Shown here in pieces: positions 8,782-15,859 of a stretch of DNA of 23,860 nucleotides. The stretch comes from Candidatus Zixiibacteriota bacterium (GTDB lineage Bacteria; Zixibacteria; MSB-5A5; CAIYYT01), in the NCBI GenBank assembly GCA_040235515.1, contig JBECKX010000120.1, positions 1 through 23,860 on the forward strand, in the 5' to 3' direction. The notes under the pieces were generated by a model. It searched no databases. It was not told where the DNA came from and saw nothing but the letters and a program-made list of their open reading frames with translations. Position 1 is the stretch's first letter. The number at the start of each line of letters is the position of its first letter. The position numbers were made by a program, and so were the translations under genes.

Positions 8782-8811
8782 TTGAACATGCCACGAATCG
8801 CGTGGTATGTT
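8782..8811 (+). promoter_or_regulatory. Promoter of the DUF427 gene with overlapping inverted repeat
   Basis: TTGAAC (8782-8787), 18-nt spacer, extended -10 TGgTATGTT (8803-8811). Dyad AACATGCCACG-n5-CGTGGTATGTT spans 8785-8811. Confidence 0.5.
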
Positions 8812-8860
8812 GCAATGGACGCCAATCAACAGGGATAGATTCATCAGAGAGGAACTCACG

Positions 8861-9142
8861 ATGAAAGCCAAATTCCACGATACGATTATCGCTGAAAGCG
8901 ATCAGACCGTGGTTGTTGAGGGAAGGCACTATTTCCCGCCGGACTCGGTAAAACGGGAATTTCTAAAGCAAAGCGCGTTTCAAACCAGAAGCCACTGCAA
9001 GGGGGAAGCAAGATTCTTCAATATCGCCGCCAACGGCGATTGGGTGGCCGATGCCGCCTGGTACTACCCGGAGCCTGACGATGATTGCAGGCGCATCAAG
9101 GACTACGTCGCGTTCTGGAAGGATATCGAAGTAGTCGAATAA
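8861..9142 (+). CDS. DUF427 (NTP_transf_9) family protein
   Basis: IIAESD...VEGRHYFPPDSV...KGEA...AAWYYPEP...IKDYVAFW matches the DUF427 pattern. SD GAGGA before ATG 8861. Confidence 0.85.
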   Translation: MKAKFHDTIIAESDQTVVVEGRHYFPPDSVKREFLKQSAFQTRSHCKGEARFFNIAANGDWVADAAWYYPEPDDDCRRIKDYVAFWKDIEVVE

Positions 9143-9155
9143 AACCGATCTCTCT

Positions 9156-9182
9156 GCAGGGGCTCGCCAGCCGAGCCCCTGC
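9156..9182 (+). terminator. GC-rich stem-loop after the DUF427 gene (possible terminator or stabiliser)
   Basis: Perfect 11-bp stem GCAGGGGCTCG-ccagc-CGAGCCCCTGC with no clear U-tract. Confidence 0.45.
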
Positions 9183-9202
9183 CAGTTCAACCCCCTCCCC
9201 AC

Positions 9203-9231
9203 TTGACATTTCTCACTTCCCACACTATCGT
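9203..9231 (+). promoter_or_regulatory. sigma70 promoter immediately upstream of trmB
   Basis: TTGACA (9203-9208), 17-nt spacer, TATCGT (9226-9231). ATG follows at 9240. Confidence 0.65.
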
Positions 9232-9239
9232 GGCGCGCT

Positions 9240-9881
9240 ATGCCGAAGAAGAAGCTGAAACGATTCGCCGAAATGGCGACATTTCCCAATGTTGTCCAGA
9301 TGGACACCTCCCTGCGCGGACGGTGGAACAGAGATTTCTTCCGGAATGAAGGCCCGATTACGCTGGAGCTTGCCTGCGGAAAAGGTGAATACGCGCTTAC
9401 CCTGGCAAAACGGTATCCTGAACGCAATTTCATCGGGGTAGACCTGAAAGGTGCACGCCTCTGGAGTGGCGCCAAACAGGCTTTGCGTGACGGAATCGGC
9501 AACGTGGGTTTCGTACGCTACCCGATCGAACAGATTGACGAAATCTTCGCGGAAAACGAAGTGGCCGAGATCTGGATCACTTTTCCCGATCCGTATCCCC
9601 GCCAGGGGAAAGCCAAGAAAAGACTCACGGCGCCCCGCTTCATCGAATTGTATCGTCAAATCCTTCTACCCGGCGGGATTGTACACTTCAAAACCGATGC
9701 GATCGACCTGTTCAACTTCACCGAGGAAACCCTCAACGAGCTGGGTATCCCGATTCTGGCCCTCTATCGCGACATCTACCAAAAACGAGTCGAAAACGAC
9801 CTTCTTTACATTCAAACTACCTATGAAAAGCGCCATCTGGAAGATGGCCGCTCGATAAACTACCTCTGCTTTAAGCCTTGA
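9240..9881 (+). CDS. trmB: tRNA (guanine-N7)-methyltransferase
   Basis: SAM-binding ELACGKGEY, NFIGVD, IWITFPDPYP, KKRLT, HFKTD and QTTYEKR motifs. Confidence 0.93.
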   Translation: MPKKKLKRFAEMATFPNVVQMDTSLRGRWNRDFFRNEGPITLELACGKGEYALTLAKRYPERNFIGVDLKGARLWSGAKQALRDGIGNVGFVRYPIEQIDEIFAENEVAEIWITFPDPYPRQGKAKKRLTAPRFIELYRQILLPGGIVHFKTDAIDLFNFTEETLNELGIPILALYRDIYQKRVENDLLYIQTTYEKRHLEDGRSINYLCFKP

Positions 9882-9928
9882 TTTACAACGGTTTGCAAGG
9901 ATAAACGTAGCCTTTCTCAGCCGATTTT

Positions 9929-9946
9929 TTGTGAAAAAAATAACAA
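9929..9946. promoter_or_regulatory. Rex-like operator upstream of the TetR-cytochrome operon
   Basis: TTGTGAA-aaaa-ATAACAA against the Rex consensus TTGTGAA-n4-TTCACAA (2 mismatches), 17 nt upstream of the -35. Confidence 0.45.
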
Positions 9947-9963
9947 ATTTAATCAATTTTGAC

Positions 9964-9998
9964 TTGACACTGCCGATCTTGTTAGTTAGTCTTAACTA
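9964..9998 (+). promoter_or_regulatory. Promoter of the TetR operon with a palindromic operator over the -10
   Basis: TTGACA (9964-9969), 17-nt spacer, TAGTCT (9987-9992). Perfect dyad TAGTTA-gtct-TAACTA at 9983-9998. Confidence 0.7.
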
Positions 9999-10026
9999 CA
10001 AAATGGAATAGAAGGTAGAAATAGCG

Positions 10027-10656
10027 ATGAAGTTGCCTGCAGATGACAGAAAGAGCCAGATTCTTGAGGAAGCAACGCGGCTTTTCAGCGAAGATGGCTA
10101 CGAAAAGGCTACCACAAAGCGACTTGCAGCCGCCTGCGGCGTGACCGAACCTGCGCTCTACCGTTACTTCTCCTCCAAGGAAGATATCTATGAAGCCGTG
10201 CTCGATTCGCTGCGCGATCGTCTCGATTGCGACGAGTTGTTCGAGGATCTGCAGCACGAGGAGGATATCGAGAAGATTCTATTCCGGCTGGCCTATCACA
10301 TAATCAGTTTCACACAGAAAAATCAGGATACTTACCGTCTCTTGCTTTATTCCGCCCTGGGCGGACATGTGAAAGCGAAACAGGTGTATCAGGCCATTCG
10401 CGGTCGCCACGTCCATTTCCTCCACAAGCAACTGGATAGATTGTCTGCTGCCGGAAAGGTAGTCGCGCGCAACAATGAGATCACGGCGCGCTGCTTTATC
10501 GGCATGGTCTTCGACTGTGCACTTGGCGTGACTTTGTGGCGTGGAAAACAAGGCAGAATTTATAAGGCAGACGACGTAGTCGCCAACAATGTCCCGATTT
10601 TTGCGGGAGGCTTGAAAGCAAAGACGCCGTCGAATCAACATACGAGTAACAGTTAG
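10027..10656 (+). CDS. TetR/AcrR family transcriptional regulator
   Basis: N-terminal HTH RKSQILEEATRLFSEDGYEKATTKRLAAACGVTEPALYRYFSSKEDI. Confidence 0.93.
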   Translation: MKLPADDRKSQILEEATRLFSEDGYEKATTKRLAAACGVTEPALYRYFSSKEDIYEAVLDSLRDRLDCDELFEDLQHEEDIEKILFRLAYHIISFTQKNQDTYRLLLYSALGGHVKAKQVYQAIRGRHVHFLHKQLDRLSAAGKVVARNNEITARCFIGMVFDCALGVTLWRGKQGRIYKADDVVANNVPIFAGGLKAKTPSNQHTSNS

Positions 10657-10686
10657 TTGCTCCACGGAAAGCAAGAGAATGTAGAG

Positions 10687-13359
10687 ATGAGGAACTTTTA
10701 CTCACGATATCCGGCGCCGGAGGGGGAAGCGAGGCCGAGGGGTCTTGCGCAAGCCAAAACAGCGACTCGATTCTGGCCTAGCTGCCTGATCCTGGTCGCA
10801 ATACTCTCACTGGTAGTCATCGCATTGCCAGCGAACCAGATTCGAGCCGAAGAGTTGACGAACGAGTATTGCCTCGATTGCCACTCCGATAAGGAGATGG
10901 AAAACGAGGATGGCAAAATCGTATTCGTCGATCATACGCAGCTCGAAGGGTCGGTGCACAACGGTCTTGAATGTCTCGACTGCCATGACCAGGAAGGCGC
11001 CGACTTCGAGGATGTCCCCCACTTTGACAAGTACGAGCCGATCCAGTGCAGCTCCTGCCACGAGGTAGTGGGCGAAACCTGGATGGAATACTTTTACAAG
11101 ATGCTCGACGGCAAGGGGCAGGATGAAATCCCTGACTGCAAAGAGTGTCATGGTACCCATGATGCCCAGAAGGAACTGAGTATGAAGCTCGTCTGCGATC
11201 GCTGCCACGAATCGGAAGCAGCAGCGTACCGCAAGAGCTATCACTTCAAAAAGTATCAGGAAGACCCGCGCAAATACCCGATCTGCACCACCTGCCATGA
11301 TGCTCACTTCAAGTCGAAGAAAGAGGTGATGTCTGAGACTGAGTACAAGCAGGAGATCGTGGATATCTGCTCTGAATGTCACCAACGCGACATCGAAACC
11401 TACGTGCACTCGCGCCACTTCCACGAGATGGAGGGTGGTAACGAGAAAGCCCCCGTTTGTACGAGTTGCCACGAAAAGCATGACATTCGCAAGCCCTCTG
11501 ATCCCGACTCGCGCGTGCATGCCACCAATATCTCCGATGTCTGCAACAACTGCCATCCCGGTCATGTCGAGAGCCTGCACCGCAAGCCGGGCACCGATCC
11601 GGCCAGCATCTCGTGCGCATCGTGTCACACCGGCCACCAGACCGATATGGCTTCGATCAACCAGGCAATCTTCAAAGAAGGCGGCATCGTCAATCGCTGC
11701 AATGTTTGCCATTCAGGTGAGCGACACGCCAAAGAGAACCTGGCGCATGGTGAGATCATGCTGCTGAACGCCGACGGGTCGGAGGCAAACTGCACGCAGT
11801 GTCACATATACCACTGGAACCTGCCGGGACTGGACAACGAGTCGGTCAAGCATCGGAGAACGGAGTGCGTCAACTGCCATGCCAAGGAGCAGCGCGACTA
11901 CAAAACTTCGATTCATGGACAGGCGCGCGCCAGGGGGATCATGGAAGCACCGACCTGTACCGACTGCCATGGCGAGACTGATATCAAGAAAACGGACATC
12001 CAGTTTACATCGGAGGGAATCATCCAGCTCTGTTCGAAGTGCCACAGTGACAAGGACAAGATGCTGAAATTCCAGATCAACCCGTACGTGGTCGAGGGCT
12101 ACAAGGAGACTTACCACGGCAAGCTGTTTGAGACTGGTACCGAACAGGTCAAGTTTGCAGTTTGCACAAACTGCCACGGATCGCACACGATTCAGGTGCC
12201 GGATGACCCGACTTCCAATGTCAATCGTGCGCATATTGTGGAGACCTGCAAGCAGTGTCACCCGCGCGCGAATGACAAATTCGTCTCATACCTGGTTCAT
12301 CCAATCCAGCCGACGCAGGCGGAACTTGAATATGGACTGAAACTGGCTCGGGAGGATTCGAGGCTGACGGGGATACTGCCTGATACCCTGCTCGAGCGCC
12401 GGATGCCTACCACGGGAGGCTGGCAGAGTTTCAACTCGCTGGTCACGAAACTGATGACGCTATTGCTGATTGCGGTGCTCGGTGCATTCGGATTCCACAC
12501 CGTGCTCTGGTTCCAGCGCGGGATCAGGCCGAGGGTGTCAAAGCAAGCGACCTACTACTCGCGTGTCGACGGTTTCCATCGCTTCCTGCATGTCCTGGTG
12601 AACGTCAGTTTCCTCACGCTTGCATTCACCGGTCTGCCACAGTCCTACGCGCACACCGAACTGGCAAAATGGATGTTCCAGAATGTGATGTCGCTGCAAA
12701 CCGCGCAGTTGCTGCATTATATCGCAGCAGTAGTCACGGGGTTCTATTTCCTGGCGCACATCATCTTCCTGATTTTCAAGGTCAGGAAAATCGGCTGGCG
12801 CAATCTTCTGACGGGCCCCAATACGCTGATGTTCCGTAAGAAGGACCTGACCGACTTCTTCGAGCATTTCAAGTGGTTCATCGGAAAGGGCCAGCACCCG
12901 AAATTCGATCGCTGGACCTACTGGGAGAAGTTTGACTACTTCGCCGTTTTCTGGGGCGTATTCGTGATCGGACTGTCGGGGCTGCTGCGCTGGAAAGAGG
13001 AGTTCTTCGGCAGCCTGCTTGGTGGCGGAATCATCACGCTGGCGGATACCGTGCACAAGGAAGAAGCACTGCTTGCGACCGCGTTCATTTTCATCGTGCA
13101 CTTCTTCAATACGCACCTGCGCGCCCGCAAATTCCCGATGGATGTCTCGATCTATACGGGCCGAATCAGTGAAGAGGAATTCATCGAGGAACGTCCGCTG
13201 GAGTACGCACGCGTCAAGCAGGCCGGCGAACTCGAACAACGCAAGAGGAGGCCGCTCGGGCTGATACTCTCGATCATCTCCTACCTGTGGGGGACGATTG
13301 CCCTGCTGACAGGATTCTTCCTGCTGTTTTTGATAATACTCGGGCATTTCGCTGGTTAG
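10687..13359 (+). CDS. 17-heme cytochrome c fused to a membrane di-heme cytochrome b (CbcL-like quinol oxidoreductase)
   Basis: N-terminal signal or anchor and 17 CxxCH motifs counted by hand. The C-terminal TM domain has heme-b His candidates (RFLH, LLH, TVH, IVH) and the FDRWTYWEKFDYFAVFWG motif of FdnI/HydC-like cytochrome b. Start taken at ATG 10687. Confidence 0.88.
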   Translation: MRNFYSRYPAPEGEARPRGLAQAKTATRFWPSCLILVAILSLVVIALPANQIRAEELTNEYCLDCHSDKEMENEDGKIVFVDHTQLEGSVHNGLECLDCHDQEGADFEDVPHFDKYEPIQCSSCHEVVGETWMEYFYKMLDGKGQDEIPDCKECHGTHDAQKELSMKLVCDRCHESEAAAYRKSYHFKKYQEDPRKYPICTTCHDAHFKSKKEVMSETEYKQEIVDICSECHQRDIETYVHSRHFHEMEGGNEKAPVCTSCHEKHDIRKPSDPDSRVHATNISDVCNNCHPGHVESLHRKPGTDPASISCASCHTGHQTDMASINQAIFKEGGIVNRCNVCHSGERHAKENLAHGEIMLLNADGSEANCTQCHIYHWNLPGLDNESVKHRRTECVNCHAKEQRDYKTSIHGQARARGIMEAPTCTDCHGETDIKKTDIQFTSEGIIQLCSKCHSDKDKMLKFQINPYVVEGYKETYHGKLFETGTEQVKFAVCTNCHGSHTIQVPDDPTSNVNRAHIVETCKQCHPRANDKFVSYLVHPIQPTQAELEYGLKLAREDSRLTGILPDTLLERRMPTTGGWQSFNSLVTKLMTLLLIAVLGAFGFHTVLWFQRGIRPRVSKQATYYSRVDGFHRFLHVLVNVSFLTLAFTGLPQSYAHTELAKWMFQNVMSLQTAQLLHYIAAVVTGFYFLAHIIFLIFKVRKIGWRNLLTGPNTLMFRKKDLTDFFEHFKWFIGKGQHPKFDRWTYWEKFDYFAVFWGVFVIGLSGLLRWKEEFFGSLLGGGIITLADTVHKEEALLATAFIFIVHFFNTHLRARKFPMDVSIYTGRISEEEFIEERPLEYARVKQAGELEQRKRRPLGLILSIISYLWGTIALLTGFFLLFLIILGHFAG

Positions 13360-13410
13360 CGAGGCCTCTTTGAGATAGATGTGAATTCAGGTGTCTTTGG
13401 AGAACTAGGA

Positions 13411-15417
13411 ATGACTCAGCAACAACGGAATATGAGGAAATCGGCTACGGTGGTCATGATTGGAGTGATCGCGATGCTCCTGACGCTGACTGTCGCAGTG
13501 CCGGTGATCGCTGATGACAGTGTCTGCATGGATTGCCACGCGGACGAGACTTTGACAGGTCTGAACCATGCGGACAAAGAAGTGTCAATGTTTGTCAATC
13601 TTGACACGCTTCACGCATCGTCACACGCGGACTTCGCCTGTATCGACTGTCACACCGATCTCGACGGATTCGAGGATTATCCGCATGCGGACAAACTTGA
13701 GCCGGTGGATTGTGGTGTCTGCCATGATGATATCAATGATACTTTCATGGCGTCAGCGCACGGCGAGGCATTGGACAACCCTAATGCGCCGACCTGTGTC
13801 TCGTGTCACGGCAGCCACAATATTCTGCCTGATTCAGATCCCAACGCGACAACATCAGCGAAGAATCTCCCTTACACCTGTGCGAATTGCCATCACAAGC
13901 TGCGTTTGAAAGAAGACCCCGATATTCGCATCACCGACTCGTTTGACCGTTACGTGAGGGGTATCCACGCTGAGGGTATCCAGAAAGGAATCGGCTCGGC
14001 AGCCTCCTGTAACGACTGTCACGGTACCCATAATCTGCGCAAGGCATCCGACCCGGGATCGATGGTCAACAAGATGAACATCCCGAAGACCTGCTCGAAG
14101 TGCCATAATGATATCAGTATCAAGTATTTTCGCGGTATTCATGGTAAGGCGCTGCAGGCGGGTATCCTTGACTCGCCCAACTGCACCGATTGTCATGGCG
14201 AGCATGAAATCCGGCGAATCGATGATCCGAGTTCACCGGTCAATGCTTCCAATCTTTCGGAGTTCGTCTGTGGGAAGTGCCACAACGATCAGCAGTTGAT
14301 GGAGAAGTATGGTCTGGTGGAGGGTCGATTCACCTCCTACCAGGACTCTTACCACGGACTGGCGATCCAGGGTGGGTCGGTGAAGGCGGCTAATTGCGTT
14401 TCGTGTCACGAGGCGCACGAAGTCCTGCCAAGCACCAACCCGGCCTCGTCGATTCACATCGACAACATCGTGGGCACCTGCCAGAAGTGCCACCCCAAAG
14501 CTAACCTGGCGTTTGCAACCAGCTATACCCACCAGACGGCATCGGTGGAATTCAATCCGATCGATCGCTGGGTGCGGACGGCATACATCATCGCGATAAT
14601 TCTGGTCATCGGCGGTATGCTGGCGCACAACGGCATCATCCTGGGCCGCTTCCTGGTCGACAAGCATAACGAAAACAAGGGTCAGCCGACGGTGCAGCGG
14701 TTCAACTTCAATATGGTGTTTCAGCACCTGGTATTGACCGTAGCCTTTATCACGCTTGTCATAACCGGCTTTGCGTTGAAGTTCCCCGACTCGTGGTGGG
14801 TGGGGATACTCAACTGGTTCGGTATCTTCGAGGAGACGCGAAGCGTAATCCATCGCATCGCGGCGGTGTTCCTGATTTATGTTACGGTACACCACACCAT
14901 CTTCCTGCTGATGACCAAACGCGGCCGCATCGAGTTGAAAGCGATGGCGCCGAGCAAAGATGATCTCAGGCAGGTGATTCAGAATGTCAAATTCCATCTT
15001 GGAATGGTCAAGGAGCGGCCAAGGTTCGACCGCTACGACTACACCGAGAAGGCGGAGTACTGGGCACTGGTCTGGGGTACCATCGCAATGGTGGGTACCG
15101 GATTCGTCCTCTGGTTCCCGACCTTCTTCACCGGCTTCCTGCCGCCGTGGGTGGTCAAGGTATCTGAAACGATTCACTACTACGAGGCCTGGCTGGCAAC
15201 GCTGGCAATCGCGGTGTTCCATTTCTTCTTCGTGATTTTCCATCCGGAACAATACCCGATGTCATTTGCGTGGCTGACCGGACGAGTGAGTGTTGAGTCG
15301 GTGAAGCATCATCACCCGAAGTGGTTCGAGCGGATCTCGAAGGGCGAAGAAAATGTTGATTTGAAACAAGAGGTTGGCCGCGGTACCAGGGAAGGAAACC
15401 CGCCGCAGCAACATTAG
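13411..15417 (+). CDS. 11-heme cytochrome c fused to a membrane di-heme cytochrome b (CbcL-like)
   Basis: SD GGAGA before ATG 13411, a signal peptide and 11 CxxCH motifs. The cytochrome b domain has FQH, VIH, TIH and VFH, plus FDRYDYTEKAEYWALVWG. Confidence 0.9.
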   Translation: MTQQQRNMRKSATVVMIGVIAMLLTLTVAVPVIADDSVCMDCHADETLTGLNHADKEVSMFVNLDTLHASSHADFACIDCHTDLDGFEDYPHADKLEPVDCGVCHDDINDTFMASAHGEALDNPNAPTCVSCHGSHNILPDSDPNATTSAKNLPYTCANCHHKLRLKEDPDIRITDSFDRYVRGIHAEGIQKGIGSAASCNDCHGTHNLRKASDPGSMVNKMNIPKTCSKCHNDISIKYFRGIHGKALQAGILDSPNCTDCHGEHEIRRIDDPSSPVNASNLSEFVCGKCHNDQQLMEKYGLVEGRFTSYQDSYHGLAIQGGSVKAANCVSCHEAHEVLPSTNPASSIHIDNIVGTCQKCHPKANLAFATSYTHQTASVEFNPIDRWVRTAYIIAIILVIGGMLAHNGIILGRFLVDKHNENKGQPTVQRFNFNMVFQHLVLTVAFITLVITGFALKFPDSWWVGILNWFGIFEETRSVIHRIAAVFLIYVTVHHTIFLLMTKRGRIELKAMAPSKDDLRQVIQNVKFHLGMVKERPRFDRYDYTEKAEYWALVWGTIAMVGTGFVLWFPTFFTGFLPPWVVKVSETIHYYEAWLATLAIAVFHFFFVIFHPEQYPMSFAWLTGRVSVESVKHHHPKWFERISKGEENVDLKQEVGRGTREGNPPQQH

Positions 15418-15457
15418 TTATTCAACGACATCCAGGATAATGCACCTCATTTCCGTT

Positions 15458-15500
15458 ACCCCCGCTCCGGCGCAGACGCCGAGCGGGGGTGCTTTTTCTC
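15458..15500 (+). terminator. Intrinsic terminator of the cytochrome operon
   Basis: ACCCCCGCTC-c-GGCG-caga-CGCC-GAGCGGGGGT followed by GCTTTTTCTC. Confidence 0.8.
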
Positions 15501-15578
15501 TGACCAGTGCGGAGGGCACTTCTGTTGGTCGTCCGGCTTCACGCCGGAATCGGGCTTATCACAGAAGAGTAAAATCCG

Positions 15579-15606
15579 TTGACAAACGGGACGATACTTC
15601 TAATTT
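15579..15606 (+). promoter_or_regulatory. Promoter of tRNA-Ser
   Basis: TTGACA (15579-15584), 16-nt spacer, TAATTT (15601-15606), then a GC-rich discriminator GAGGCGTCGC typical of stable-RNA promoters. Confidence 0.65.
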
Positions 15607-15615
15607 GAGGCGTCG

Positions 15616-15652
15616 CGGTCGGGCTTCACGCCTGGCCGATTTGCTCTTTGAC
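15616..15652 (+). promoter_or_regulatory. boxB-like hairpin plus boxA (Nus antitermination-like leader)
   Basis: Hairpin CGGTCGGGC-ttcac-GCCTGGCCG (15616-15638), then TGCTCTTTGAC (15642-15652), close to E. coli rrn boxA TGCTCTTTAAC. Confidence 0.55.
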
Positions 15653-15686
15653 CGGGCTATATAACTAGCTGCGATTAAGAACTACC

Positions 15687-15775
15687 GGAGAGATGGCCGA
15701 GTGGCTGAAGGCGGCGGTTTGCTAAACCGTTATACGGGTAACACCGTATCCAGGGTTCGAATCCCTGTCTCTCCG
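15687..15775 (+). tRNA. tRNA-Ser (anticodon GCT), CCA not encoded
   Basis: Acceptor GGAGAGA/TCTCTCC with G discriminator, D-loop GAGTGG, anticodon arm GCGGT-TTGCTAA-ACCGT, long variable arm ATACGG...CCGTAT, and T-arm CAGGG-TTCGAAT-CCCTG. Confidence 0.96.
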
Positions 15776-15859
15776 TTTTTTTATGCCCGCGAGACCGGGA
15801 GCTGTTTATCGAACGCACGACTCAGCCGCTTCCGGCCGAGTCTCGGTACCCGTGAGCAG

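Noticed and set aside
10807..15252. Long antisense ORFs of 180-340 aa opposite the cytochrome genes
   Set aside because: These are shadow frames caused by GC-rich codon bias. They have no motifs and the sense strand is clearly coding.
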